The notes: generated by a model from the sequence alone, not told the origin. Shown: positions 51,461 to 62,700, counted from the first letter of the stretch. The stretch is DNA of 64,000 nucleotides from an uncultured Planctomycetota bacterium (GCA_963737655.1 CAVTTN010000002.1:192001-256000); one strand, 5' to 3'. Numbers and translations: made by a program.

Positions 51461-51895
51461 TCAGACCCGGATCAGGGCCAGCCCCGATTCCGGGTCGTGC
51501 TGCTTCCTCAGGTGAGCCGGCGACTCGACGAGGATCACTTCCAGGGTCGGCCGAACATGGCCCTTCATGAGGTGGCCGCCCCGGGTCGAGCCGTCCCGGC
51601 GGCCCAGGACGACGTGGGCGTGGACCTGGGGCCGGCCGTCCGCCTCGGCGATGTCGCCGAGGAGCGAGAGCACCTCCACCTGCTCGTCGATCGGGATTTC
51701 CTGATACGTCTTCGACTCCCAGTCGAAATAGCCGACGGTCGCCCTGGAAAACGCGCCGATCGCCGAGAACCTCGCCGCGGCGATCCGGTGGGATTTCGCG
51801 AACGAGACGATCCCTTCCATCGCCTCGTCGCCGGAGTCGAAGATCAGGGCAAAAGTCTTCTGGCCGTCGGCCTCGTGGAGCAGCTTCGAGCGCAT
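51461..51895 (-). CDS. PPC (DUF296) domain protein
   Basis: FSAIGAF, EVLSLLGDI, VHAHVVLG..DGSTRGGHL, PTLEV. Confidence 0.9.
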   Translation of the reverse strand: MRSKLLHEADGQKTFALIFDSGDEAMEGIVSFAKSHRIAAARFSAIGAFSRATVGYFDWESKTYQEIPIDEQVEVLSLLGDIAEADGRPQVHAHVVLGRRDGSTRGGHLMKGHVRPTLEVILVESPAHLRKQHDPESGLALIRV

Positions 51896-51915
51896 GGTCG
51901 GTCCTCCTGGGGTGC

Positions 51916-52188
51916 TCAGCCCCCGGCGATCGGGTCTTGCGGGGCGTCTCCCGGGCCGACCCAGATGGCGTTGAGCCGGTAGAAGACCCGTCCGGCCCTG
52001 GGGTTCCTCTCTCGGAGGACGCCATAGCCTCGTTTTTGGAGGAAATCGCCGAGCTGGCGGATCTTCTCCGGGTCCTCGTCGATGGCGTCGATCTTGGTGC
52101 TCCGGCCCTGGTCGTCCTTGCGGCCGAAGACCTGGAGGCCCTGGAATTTGGCCAGTTTCGGCTCCGGCGGCTTCGTGGCTTCGTCCAT
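51916..52188 (-). CDS. Hypothetical protein (90 aa)
   Basis: In operon position between the oxidoreductase and PPC genes; GGAG RBS; natural composition. Confidence 0.65.
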   Translation of the reverse strand: MDEATKPPEPKLAKFQGLQVFGRKDDQGRSTKIDAIDEDPEKIRQLGDFLQKRGYGVLRERNPRAGRVFYRLNAIWVGPGDAPQDPIAGG

Positions 52189-52218
52189 CCGAGGTGCTCC
52201 GAGAGGGTTCGATTCGGA

Positions 52219-55200
52219 TCAACTCCGGGCGATCCGCCGATTCAGCTTGACCAGCCCCCACGCGATCCCGACCCCGGCCAGGACGCCCAGGGCCCCGACC
52301 GTCGCCATCGCCGCGAGCGAGGGCGCCGGCTCCCACTTGCCCAGGGCCTGTTTCTCGCGATCGGCCAGGCTTTCCGGGCCTTCGCGGAGGGCCATCTGGA
52401 GGACCTGCGCGACGTGCAGGGCCCCGCGATCGGTCAGGTCGGCGATCTGCTCGCGGCAACTGAACCCATCGGCCAGGATGATGGTGTCCGGATCGGCCCG
52501 GCGGACGGCCGGGAGCAGGACGCGCTCGCCGACGGCCCGGGACACGTCGTAATGCTCCGCCTCGAACCCGAACGAGCCCGCCATCCCGCAGCAGCCCGAG
52601 TCCAGGACCTCGAAATCCAGGCCCATCCGTTGCAGCAAGGTGGCCTCGTCCTTGTAGGACATCACGTGATCGTGGTGACAGTGCTTCTGGACGATCATCT
52701 TCCTCGACAGCCTCGGCACGCGGAACTCCGGCGCCTTCTTCACCAGGAACTCGCTGAGGATGAACGTGTTGTCCGACAGCCTCCGGGCGTTCTCGTCCAT
52801 CGGGAACAGGTTGATCAGCTCGTCCCGGAACGCCGCCACGCAGCTCGGCTCCAGCCCCACCAGAGGGATTCCCGCCTCGATCTCGTCCTTCAGCGCGACG
52901 AGGATTTCCTTCCAGAGTCCCTCGGCCGCGTCGAGCATCCCGAAGTCATAGAGTGGCCGTCCGCAGCAGAGCGAGGGCCTCGGCACCGTGACCTGGAACC
53001 CGGCCGCTTCCAGGACCTCGACCGCCGCCTTCGCCGTCTGCGGGTGGAAGTGGTTGTTGAACGTGTCGGGCCAGAGCATCACCCTCGGTTTGTCCAGGTT
53101 CCTCGGGGCCCGGCGGAACCACCACGATTTGAACGTCTCGGGCGCGAACGAGGGCATCGCCCGCCTCGTCGAGATCCCTCCCAACGCCTGGAAGACCTTG
53201 CCGACGACGGGCAGATGCGTGATCACGTTCACCACGCCCGGCGCGATCGACGCCAGGCGGCTCCACCAGTAGATCCAGCCCATCGCGTAGGCGTGGCGGG
53301 GCCGCAATCGGCCTTCGTAGTAGTGCGAGAGGAACTCGGCCTTGTACGTGGCCATGTCCACGTTCATCGGGCACTCGGTCCGGCACGCCTTGCACGCCAG
53401 GCAGAGGTCGAGCGCCTCCTTCACCGTCTCGCTCTTCCAGCCCCCCTTCATCGGGTCGCCCTGGAGCATCTCGAAGAGGAGGTGCGTGCGCCCTCGGGTC
53501 GAATCCATCTCTTCGCGGGTGACCATGTAGCTCGGGCACATGGTCCCCGTCTCGTCCTTCCGGCACTGGCCCACGCCCACGCATCGCTCGGTGGCATAGG
53601 CGAAGCTGCCGTGGTCGTCCGGGAACTTGAAGTGCGTCTCGACCTGCGGGGGGTTGTAATGAGGCCCGAGCCGGAGGTTCTCTCCGGGCAGGTACGGATC
53701 GACGACCTTGTGGGGATTGAGCTTGTTCGTCGGGTCCCAGATCGCCTTGAACTCGCCGAACGCCCGGACGATCTCCGGGCCGAACATCTTGGGCAAAAGC
53801 GCCGCCTTGGACTGGCCGTCGCCGTGCTCGCCCGAGATCGAGCCGCCGTAGGAGACGACCAGGTCGCCCGCCTCGTCCAGGAAGTCGCGGAAGTGCTGGA
53901 CCCCCCCGGCGGTCTTGAGGTCGAAATCGATCCTCGTATGGATGCACCCCTGGCCGAAATGGCCGTAGAGCGCACAGTTATATCCATATTTCTCGAAAAG
54001 CTTGCGGAGGTCGCGGAGGTAGTCGCCCACCTTCGTCGGGGGGACGGCCGAATCCTCCCAGCCTTCCCACGCGTCGGGTTCGCCCGGGATGCGGGCGGTG
54101 GCGCCGAGGCCCGATTCGCGGACCTTCCAGAGATGCTCCTCCTCCGCCTCGTTGTCGAACAGCTTCATCGTCGGCGGGTTCTGGACCGATTTCAGCGTCT
54201 CCATCAGTCGATGGGCCTTGCCGTCGGATTCGTCCTTGTCCTGGCCGCCGAATTCGACCAGGAGCCAGCCGCCGCCGTCGGGCAACAGTTTGACATCCTT
54301 CGGATGGATGCCCTTCTTCTTCATGTCCTTGACGAGGATGTCGTCGAGCCCTTCCAGGCCCGACGGCTTCGCCTCGAGGATCTCCGGGACGTGGTCCCCG
54401 GCGTCGTACACGCTCGGGTAGCCGAGGACCAGCAAGGATTTCGACCGGGGGCTGGGGACCAGGTGCAGCCGGGCTTCGAGGACCGTCACGCACGTCCCCT
54501 CGGTGCCGCTCAGGGCCCGGGCGACGTGGAACCCGCGTTCGGGGAGGAGGTCGTCGAGGTTGTAGCCGCTGACTCGTCGAGGGACGTCTTTCAGGTTGGG
54601 ATAGCGGCGGCGGATCTCGTCGGCGTGGCGGTCGCGAAGGTCGCGGAGCTGCCGGTAGACCTCGCCCTTGCGGCCTCCGGCGGCGATGATCCGCTCCAGT
54701 TCCTCCTCGGAAGTCGGGCCGACGGTCATCCTCGTGCCGTCATACAGGAGGATGTCCAGCTCGTGGACCTGATCCGACGTCCGGCCGCTCCCCAGGCCCA
54801 GGAGCGAGTGGACGCCGCACGAGTTGTTGCCGATCATCCCGCCGAGGGTGCAATACTCGTGGGTCGAGGGGTCGGGCGCGAACGTGAGGCCGAACTTCTC
54901 GGCCTGGGAGCGGAGGTGATCGAGCGGAGTGCCGGGCTGGACCGTCGCGATCCGGGCCTCGGGGTCGATCTCCAGGACGTGATGCAGCTTCTTGGAGAAA
55001 TCCATGACGACCGCGACGTTGCAGCAGCCCCCGGTCAGGCTCGTCCCGCCCCCTCGCGAGAGGATCGGGGCGCCGTGGGCGTGGCAGGTGGCCACGGTGG
55101 CGATCACGTCGTCGATGGTCTCGGGGATCACCACGCCGATCGGCACCTGACGATAATTCGAGCCATCGGTGGCGTAGAGGGCGCGGCTGCCGGAGTCGAA

Positions 55201-55326
55201 GCGGACCTCGCCCTGGATGACTCGACGAAGGTCGGCCGCGATCCGGTCGGCATCGACGAACAGGGGGCCCTTGGCGGTCGAGGGGCCGGAGTGGCGGGAG
55301 CTTCGGGCGTCGATCGCGGTCGTCAT
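52219..55326 (-). CDS. FAD-linked oxidase / Fe-S / CCG-domain oxidoreductase (GlcD-GlcF fusion type)
   Basis: RGGGTSL, GGMIGNNSCG, GEHGDGQ, CVGVGQC, CLACKACRTECP, CCGRP, CCGMAGSFG, DGFSCREQI; C-terminal hydrophobic helix. Confidence 0.92.
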   Translation of the reverse strand: MTTAIDARSSRHSGPSTAKGPLFVDADRIAADLRRVIQGEVRFDSGSRALYATDGSNYRQVPIGVVIPETIDDVIATVATCHAHGAPILSRGGGTSLTGGCCNVAVVMDFSKKLHHVLEIDPEARIATVQPGTPLDHLRSQAEKFGLTFAPDPSTHEYCTLGGMIGNNSCGVHSLLGLGSGRTSDQVHELDILLYDGTRMTVGPTSEEELERIIAAGGRKGEVYRQLRDLRDRHADEIRRRYPNLKDVPRRVSGYNLDDLLPERGFHVARALSGTEGTCVTVLEARLHLVPSPRSKSLLVLGYPSVYDAGDHVPEILEAKPSGLEGLDDILVKDMKKKGIHPKDVKLLPDGGGWLLVEFGGQDKDESDGKAHRLMETLKSVQNPPTMKLFDNEAEEEHLWKVRESGLGATARIPGEPDAWEGWEDSAVPPTKVGDYLRDLRKLFEKYGYNCALYGHFGQGCIHTRIDFDLKTAGGVQHFRDFLDEAGDLVVSYGGSISGEHGDGQSKAALLPKMFGPEIVRAFGEFKAIWDPTNKLNPHKVVDPYLPGENLRLGPHYNPPQVETHFKFPDDHGSFAYATERCVGVGQCRKDETGTMCPSYMVTREEMDSTRGRTHLLFEMLQGDPMKGGWKSETVKEALDLCLACKACRTECPMNVDMATYKAEFLSHYYEGRLRPRHAYAMGWIYWWSRLASIAPGVVNVITHLPVVGKVFQALGGISTRRAMPSFAPETFKSWWFRRAPRNLDKPRVMLWPDTFNNHFHPQTAKAAVEVLEAAGFQVTVPRPSLCCGRPLYDFGMLDAAEGLWKEILVALKDEIEAGIPLVGLEPSCVAAFRDELINLFPMDENARRLSDNTFILSEFLVKKAPEFRVPRLSRKMIVQKHCHHDHVMSYKDEATLLQRMGLDFEVLDSGCCGMAGSFGFEAEHYDVSRAVGERVLLPAVRRADPDTIILADGFSCREQIADLTDRGALHVAQVLQMALREGPESLADREKQALGKWEPAPSLAAMATVGALGVLAGVGIAWGLVKLNRRIARS

Positions 55327-55370
55327 CTCGCCTCCAAACGTGCCTCTCGGGAACGCCGGGATCGCCCCGC

Positions 55371-56481
55371 CTACACGGCGAAGCGCTCGGCGTCCCGTTT
55401 CTTGAATTCGAGCCCGAACCCCGGTCGGGAGAGGTCCGGGCGCAACTGGCCGCCGATGGGCCGGGGGGCGCCGTCGAAGAGCATGTGCTCGATCCGGTCG
55501 TGGTCGTGGAAGTATTCCAGGTGGCGGAACACCGGGACGGCGCAGCCCAGCGCGACATGGAGCGACGGGGCGCAGTGGGCCGAGATCTGGAGGCTCCCCG
55601 CCTCGCACAGCGAGGCTACGCCGAGGAACCCGGAGATCCCCCCGCAGCGAGTGGCGTCGGCCTGGAGGACGTCCACCGCCCCGGCGTCGAGCATCCGGCG
55701 GAAGTAGCACGGCACGTAGCCATATTCGCCCGCGGCGACGTCCATGCCCGCCGGGGAGCGGTCGCGGAGGAGACGCAAGCCGTCCAGGTCGTCCGACGAC
55801 ACCGGCTCCTCGAACCACGAGACGCCGACCTCGGCGAACTCCTCCGCGAATGCCAACGCCTGCTTGCGCGAATAGGCCCCGTTGGCATCGACGAAGAGCT
55901 CGGCGGCGGGGCCGATCGCCTCGCGGGCCTTGCGGACCCGTCATGAGGTCCTCGTCCGGATGCGTCCCGATCTTCATCTTCACGCGAGGGATGCCCGAGG
56001 CCGTCCACCCGCCGAGCTGCTGTTGCAGACGCTCGATCGAGTACGTCGTGAACCCGCCGCTGCCGTAGACCGGGGCGGACTCGCGGACCTGCCCGAGCAG
56101 CTCGGTCAGCGAGACGCCCAGGATCTTCGCCTTGAGGTCCCAGAGGGCAAGATCGACGGCCGAGATCGCCATGGCGGCGATCCCCTCCCGGCCGACGTTG
56201 CGGACGTGGACGCCCATCTTGACCCGGGCCGACGCGGGGGACAGCGCGTCCCCGCCGACGACGACCTCGACGAGCGACCGGCGGATCAGGGTCGCCGTGG
56301 ACTCGTCGGCGTAGGAGTAGCCGATGCCGGTTTTGCCCCCGCCGGAGACCTCCACGAGGACGAGCGTGGTGTGGTCCCAGGCGATCGTGCCGTCGGCCTC
56401 GGGGGCGTCGGTCGGCACCCGGTAGGCCGAGACCTCCAGCCCATCGACCGAGACGCGACTCTCTCCGGTTCGAATCGACAT
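55371..56481 (-). CDS. Mandelate racemase/muconate lactonizing enzyme family protein; apparent +1 frameshift near 55941
   Basis: AISAVDLALWDLKAK, VYGSGGFT, KMKIG, FVDANG, WFEEPV, AAGEY, SAHC. Confidence 0.88.
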
Positions 56482-56539
56482 CGGGGCCTCGAAGCAGGGC
56501 CCGCGATCGGGGAGACCGCGGGCCCGGCGAAGGAGAACG

Positions 56540-58297
56540 TCAGAGCAATTCCTTGACCTTGTCGCGATAGAGGGTGACGGCGATCTTGCCGGCGTGGGGC
56601 TGGCCCCTCATCAGGGACTCGGCGAGGTGCAAGCCCTGCTTGACCGTGGCCGAGGGCGGCATGGGCGGCTCGAACGGGTCGACCACGGCCTCGATCAAAG
56701 CCGGCTTGTCGGTCTGGGCGAACGCCGCGGCCATCGCCGGGCCGACTTCCGCCGGGCGTCTCGCACCGGAACCCGACGCCGCCGCACGCCTCGGCGAACT
56801 TCACGAAGTCGATCGGCTGGAGCTCGACGCCGTACTCGGGGTTGCCCAGGAAGATCATCTGCTCCCACTTGATCTGCCCGAGGACGTTGTTCTTGATCAC
56901 GATCACCTTGATCGGCAGCTTGTGCTTCACGGCCGTGATGAACTCGCACATGAGCATGCGTGAACCCGCCGTCGCCCACGAACGCCACGACCTGGCGGTC
57001 GGGGTAGGCGATCTGAGCGGCGTTGGCGTAGGGGAGGCCCGGGGCCATCGTCGCGAGGTTGCCCGAGCACGAGAACTTCATCCCCCGCTTCATGAGGATG
57101 TGCCGGGCGGCCCAGGTGGTGATGGTGCCCGAGTCGGTCGTGACGATCGCGTTGCGGCTTCAGGTGGTCGTTCACGGCCCTGGCCACGACCTGCGGCTTC
57201 ATGGGGGTCTCGGTCGCGTTCCTCGCGAGTCCTCATCAGCTCCCACCAGTCCTTCATCCGGCCCTGGGCCTTCTCCAGGAACGAGCGGTCGGGCCGGCGC
57301 TGGAGCATCGGCAGCAGGGCCGGAGAGCGTGGCCTGGGCGTCGCCGGTCAGGCCGATGTCGATCGGGTAGCGGATGCCCAATCGCGTCGGGTCGCGGTCG
57401 ATCTGGACGGCCTTCGCCTGGCCGGGCTTGGGCAGGTAATCCATGTAGGGGAAGCTGGTGCCGATCAGGAAGAGGCTGTCGCACTCCTCCATCGCCTTCT
57501 CCGAGGGATAGGTGCCGAGCAGGCCGAGGCCGCCGGTCGAGAACGGCGAGTCGTCGGGGATCACGTCCTTGCCGAGCAGGGCCTTGACGACCGGCGCGGC
57601 CAGGGTGTCGGCGAGCTTCTCGACTTCCTCGGTCGCGTTCTTGGCCCCCTGGCCGACCATGATGACGGTCTTCTTCCCAGAGTTGAGCAGGGCGGCGGCG
57701 CTCTTCAGGGACTCGGCCTGCGGGACGACGATCGGCGGCCTCCAGGCGACGGAGGTATGCCCCTTCACGTTCATCGGCGAGGAATCTTCGCTCGTGAGGT
57801 CCTGCCAGTCGTTCGGGCAATTGATGTGGGCCACCCCGCGAACCCCGAGGGCCGTCCGGCAGGCGGCATCGACGAGCGAGTGGGCGTGCATCGGCCCCAT
57901 GATCTGCTGGTTGAAGCACGGTCACGTCCTCGAACAGGCCCAGCAGGTTGACCTCCTGCTGGTACTTCATCCCCATGAGGTCGTGGTAGGTCTGCCCGGT
58001 GATCGCCAGGACGGGCGTGTTGTCCATCTTGGCGTCGTACAGGCCGTTGAGGAGGTGGATCGCGCCGGGGCCGCTGGTGGCGATGCAGACGCCCAACCGG
58101 CCGGTGAACTTGGCGTAGCCGCAGGCCATGAAGGCGGCGCCTTCCTCGTGGCGGACCTGGATGAAGCGGATCTTCTCGCGGAGCTTCCGCAGCCCCTCCA
58201 TGAAGCCGTTGATGCCATCGCCGGGGAGGCCGAAGATCGTATCGACGCCCCAATCGATCAGCCTTTCGAAGAGGATGTCGGCCGTCGTCTTCGCCAT
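56540..58297 (-). CDS. poxB: Thiamine pyrophosphate-dependent pyruvate oxidase/dehydrogenase family enzyme; six apparent +1 frameshifts
   Basis: FGLPGDGING, VRHEEGAAF, TSGPGAIHLLNGLYDAK, GTSFPY, SGNLATMAPGLPY, GDGGF..NNVLGQIKWEQ spread over seven ORF pieces. Confidence 0.8.
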
Positions 58298-58363
58298 CGG
58301 ATGCTCCTCCGGGCTAGCCCTCGGCGACGGCCTCCCCGGCCGCCTTCCGTCGGGCCCGTCCCG

Positions 58364-58378
58364 GCAGAATTGGTGCCG
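58364..58378 (-). promoter_or_regulatory. Candidate sigma54 promoter for the poxB operon
   Basis: Minus strand CGGCACCAATTCTGC, GG-N10-GC. Confidence 0.5.
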
Positions 58379-58518
58379 TCGCCGGGCGAATCCGTCCTGG
58401 GGCCGTCGTCGACAATCCCGAAGTAGAGGCTTGTGAGCGGCGAATCGTCGCGTTATCGTGTCCCCGGGCCGTCACGGAACCGGTCCGACGACGGCCCGGG
58501 AACTCCCGGGTCGATCGG

Positions 58519-58713
58519 TCACTTCTCGGCCTCGGGCCCGACGTTCGTCTTCAAGGGAACGCTCGCGCCTCCCCCTCCCGTGCCGCGTTCCGGGTTCGCC
58601 GCGTTGGATCGGGCCGTCCCGTTCAGGTCGTCTCGCGGAGAGTCGCCGCATCCGGCCCCGGCCAGGCCGAGAGTCAGGATCGCCAGGGCCGCCGTCGTTC
58701 TCGTGATCTTCAT
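58519..58713 (-). CDS. Small lipoprotein (64 aa)
   Basis: MKITRTTAALAILTLGLAGAG-C lipoprotein signal; GGAGG RBS. Confidence 0.7.
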   Translation of the reverse strand: MKITRTTAALAILTLGLAGAGCGDSPRDDLNGTARSNAANPERGTGGGGASVPLKTNVGPEAEK

Positions 58714-58757
58714 CCGATGCCTCCTGGCCCGATTCCTCGGGCAGCCGGTGACTCCGA

Positions 58758-58772
58758 GCAACCGAGATGCCG
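58758..58772 (-). promoter_or_regulatory. Candidate sigma54 promoter for the small lipoprotein gene
   Basis: Minus strand CGGCATCTCGGTTGC(T), GG-N10-GC with TTGC. Confidence 0.55.
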
Positions 58773-58904
58773 AGGCGAGGAATCCCCGCCCTGGGAACGC
58801 CGTTCCCGGCGGCGAGAACCGGCCGAAGCCCGGGGCCGGGCCTCGATCCTCGCAAGTCCTTGAAAAGCCCCATTCTCGGGCGGTCTTCGTCCGCCCCGGC
58901 CCGA

Positions 58905-58919
58905 CGGCACGAGAGTTGA
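58905..58919 (+). promoter_or_regulatory. Candidate variant sigma54 promoter for the act operon
   Basis: CGGCACGAGAGTTGA: GGCAC-N5-TTG with A in place of the -12 C. Confidence 0.4.
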
Positions 58920-59012
58920 ATCACCAAGCGTCGCGTTCGCCCCAGGAGGAGATCCACGGCTCGTCCGCGACGAGCCGACGAGGGACCACGCGGGGCCGCT
59001 TCGGAGTCGCCG

Positions 59013-59726
59013 ATGGCGCAGATCTTCCATCCCAGCTTCAACACGATCTCGCGGGTGAGCATCTTCGGCTCATTCTTCGCGGTCGCCGGCCTCGCGTACC
59101 TCGGCTACGAGTTCGCGCGCTCCCCGTACCAGACGATGGTCCGCGTGATCCGCGAGCAGCCCGTGCAGTTCAGCCACGATCACCACGTCTCGGGCCTGGG
59201 GATCGACTGCCGGTACTGCCACACGTCGGTCGAGGTCTCCTCGAACCCCGGGATGCCGAACACCGAGACCTGCATGAGCTGCCACTCCCAGGTCTGGACC
59301 GACAGCCCCATGCTCAAGCCGGTCCGCGACAGCTGGGAGACCGGCGTGCCGATCGCCTGGACCAAGGTCCATGACCTGCCGGACTTCGTCTACTTCCATC
59401 ATTCCGTCCACGTGAACAAGGGCGTGAGCTGTCAGACCTGCCACGGGGAGGTCAACAAGATGCCTTTGATGTGGAAGGAGCAGCCGATGACGATGGAGTG
59501 GTGCCTGGATTGCCACCGCAACCCCGGCCCTCGCCTCGGCCCGGTCGATCGGGTCTTCGCGTTCGGCGACAAGTCCGAGACGGCCGCCGGCAAGGCCCTG
59601 GCCGAGCAAATCCTCAAGCCCCGGGCCGACCCGGTCCGCGACCGCTTCGCCCAGGGTTCGCCCCTCGCCCGCAATCAGGACTCGCACTTCGCGGGCCTCA
59701 CCAACTGCTCGGTGTGCCACCGATGA
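59013..59726 (+). CDS. actA: Alternative complex III pentaheme cytochrome c subunit
   Basis: Five CxxCH motifs (CRYCH, CMSCH, CQTCH, CLDCH, CSVCH); QPVQFSHDHH; LPDFVYFHHSVH; N-terminal TM. Confidence 0.93.
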   Translation: MAQIFHPSFNTISRVSIFGSFFAVAGLAYLGYEFARSPYQTMVRVIREQPVQFSHDHHVSGLGIDCRYCHTSVEVSSNPGMPNTETCMSCHSQVWTDSPMLKPVRDSWETGVPIAWTKVHDLPDFVYFHHSVHVNKGVSCQTCHGEVNKMPLMWKEQPMTMEWCLDCHRNPGPRLGPVDRVFAFGDKSETAAGKALAEQILKPRADPVRDRFAQGSPLARNQDSHFAGLTNCSVCHR

Positions 59727-62700
59727 AACCACGGAACGAGACCAACGGGCGGCTCGACCTGGCCGCGCTCCGCGCCGTCCTCGACGGCAAGAACGGGCGC
59801 GACTACTGGCGAGGGCTCGAAGAGATCGCCGAGACCCCCGAGTTCGTCGACCTCCTCCGCCACGAGTTCCCCCGGGACGTGGACACCTGGGAGGACGGCC
59901 CGAGCCGGAGGAATTTCCTCCGCCTGATGGGCGCCTCCCTCCTGCTCGCCGGCGCCAGCGGCTGCGGATTCGGCCTGAACAAGCCCGAGACGCTCAACGC
60001 CTACGTGAAGCCCCCCGAGACCATCGTCCCCGGCAAGCCCCAGTTCTACGCCACCAGCCTGACCCTCGGAGGGTTCGCCACGGGAGTGCTCGTCGAGAGC
60101 CACATGGGCCGGCCGACCCGGATCGAAGGCAACGCGATGCATCCCGCCTCGCTCGGGGCCCTCGACATCTTCTCCCAGGCCGAAATCCTCTCGCTGTATG
60201 ACCCCGACCGCTCGCAGACGGTCTATCACGAAGGGAACATCAGCACCCTCGAAAACTTCCACGAAGACCTCGCCGCCGCCCTCGCCGAGCAGAAGCCGAA
60301 GAAGGGCGCCGGCATCCGCATCCTGACCGGCCACGTCACCTCGCCCACCTTGATCGATCAGATCAAGTCGATCAGGGACGTCCATCCCGAGGCGAAGTGG
60401 ACCGTCTTCGAGCCCGTGGGGCCGGACAATGCCCGGCTCGGGGCGAAACTGGCGTTCGGCGAGGCCGTCGATCCGGTCTATGACTTCTCGAAGGCGAAGG
60501 TCGTCCTCTCGCTCGATTCGGACTTTTTGTCGCGAGGGCCCGGCAACGTCGCCTATGCCGACGCGTTCTCGGCCCTCCGGAGGATGCCGTCGGACGCGAT
60601 GAACCGGCTCTACGCGGTCGAAAGCTCGCCGACGACCGTCGGGGCGAGCGCCGACCATCGGCTCTCGTTCAAGCCCAGCCAGATCGAGCCGTTCGCCCGG
60701 GCCGTGGCGGCGGCGGTCGGGGTGGAAGGCGCGTCGGGGTTGATGCCGGCCCACCAGGCGTGGATCTCGGCCGTCGCCGACGACCTCAAGGAGCACAAGG
60801 GTGCGAGCCTCGTGATCGCCGGGGACGACCAGCCTCCCGCCGTCCACGCCGTCGCCTTCGCCCTGAACGAGGCGCTCGGCAACGTCGGCAAGACGATCCG
60901 GTACATCGAGCCGGTCGGCGGCAATGGCGATCACGGGATCGAGCCGCTCAGGGCGCTGGTCCGCGAGATGGAGGGCGGCTCGGTCGATCTCCTGGTGATC
61001 CTCGGCGGCAATCCCGCCTATACCAGCCCGGCGGACGTGCCGTTCGGCCCGGCGTTGAAGACGGTGAAGCGGGCCATCCACCTGGCGATGGAACGCGACG
61101 AGACGTCCTGGCTCTGCCGATGGCATCTGGCCGCCGCCCATGAGCTGGAGATGTGGGGCGACGCGAGGGCGTTCGACGGCACGCTCGGCTTCCAGCAACC
61201 GCTGATCTCGCCCTTGTATGAAGGCGTGTCGCCCCACGAACTGCTCTCGAGCGTCCTGGGCAAGCCGAACGTCCCGGGCATGGAGATCGTGAGGTCGTTC
61301 TGGCAGGGGCAGAAGCTCGGGGGCGACGACTTCGAATCGGCCTGGGAGAAGGCGATCCACGACGGCCTCGTCGCCGACTCGGCGGCGAAGCCGAAGGACG
61401 TGACGTTCAAGACGCTCCCCCCGGCGACGCCGATCGTCGGTGCGGCGGGCCTCGAAGTGGCGTTCCGGCCCGATCCGTCGATCTGGGACGGCCGGTTCGC
61501 CAACAACGGCTGGCTCCAGGAGCTCCCGAAGCCCCTGACCAAGCTGACCTGGGACAACGTCGCCCTCGTCGAGCGCCCGGACGGCCGAGAAGCTCGGCGT
61601 CTCGGGCGAGGAGGAGGTCGAGCTTTCCTATCGAGGCAAGACGATCCGAGGGGCCGCCTGGATCTTGCCCGGTCAGCCCGACGACGTGGTGACGTTGCAC
61701 CTCGGCTACGGCCGGACCAAGGTCGGCCGCGTGGGCGAGGGGGCGGGCTTCAACGCCTTCGCGCTGAGGAGGGCCGACGCTCCGGGCTTCGGCCCCGGGC
61801 TGGAAGTCCGCAAGACCGGCGGCAAACGCCAGCTCGCCTGCACCCAGGTCCACCGCCAGATGGAAGGGCGGGACGTGTATCGGTCGGCCAGCCTCGGCGA
61901 GTACCAGGCCGACAAGAAGTTCGCCCGGAGGCCGGCCGACGAGGCGCCTCGGGACGACTCGCTCTATCCCCCCGTGAAGTACGAAGGGCACGCCTGGGGG
62001 ATGGTGATCAACCTCAACGCCTGCATCGGCTGCAATGCGTGCGTGGTCGCCTGCCAGTCGGAGAACAACATCCCGATCGTCGGCCGGGAGGAGGTCCGCC
62101 GAGGCCGCGAGATGCACTGGATCGACGTCGATCGGTACTTCCGGGTCAGCCTGGACGACCCCGAGGAGATCGCCTTCCAGCCCCGGACGTGCATGCACTG
62201 CGAGAACGCCCCGTGCGAGCTGGTCTGCCCCGTCGGCGCCACGACCCACAGCGTCGAGGGGCTGAACGAGATGACCTACAACCGCTGCGTGGGCACCCGC
62301 TATTGCAGCAACAACTGCCCGTACAAGGTCCGGCACTTCAACTTCTTCGACTACACCAAGAACACGGCGCCGACGCTCACGATCCTGAACAACCCGGACG
62401 TGACGGTGAGGTCCCGGGGCGTCATGGAGAAGTGCTCGTACTGCGTCCAGAGGATCAACCACGCGAGGATCGAGGAGCGCCAGACCGGCAAGCCGATCCG
62501 GGACGGCGACGTCCGGACCGCCTGCCAGGCCGCCTGCCCGACCCGCGCGATCGTCTTCGGCGACATCAACGACCCGTCGAGCGAGGTCGCGAAGCACCGT
62601 AGCCACGACCTCAACTTCGGGATGCTCGCCGAGCTGAACACCCAGCCCCGGACCACGTATCTCGCCCGGGTCCGCAACCCGAACCCCGCCCTGAAACCGC

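Noticed and set aside
52219..56481. 1420 aa ORF appearing to fuse a mandelate-racemase N-terminus to an FAD/Fe-S oxidoreductase
   Set aside because: Caused by the +1 shift near 55941. The MR C-terminus is in another frame with its own stop at 55371, and the oxidoreductase has its own RBS and ATG at 55326.
56540..58297. poxB as a decayed pseudogene
   Set aside because: I saw no in-frame stops or motif loss; all six breaks are single insertions with the two-allele wobble signature. Not excluded without reads.
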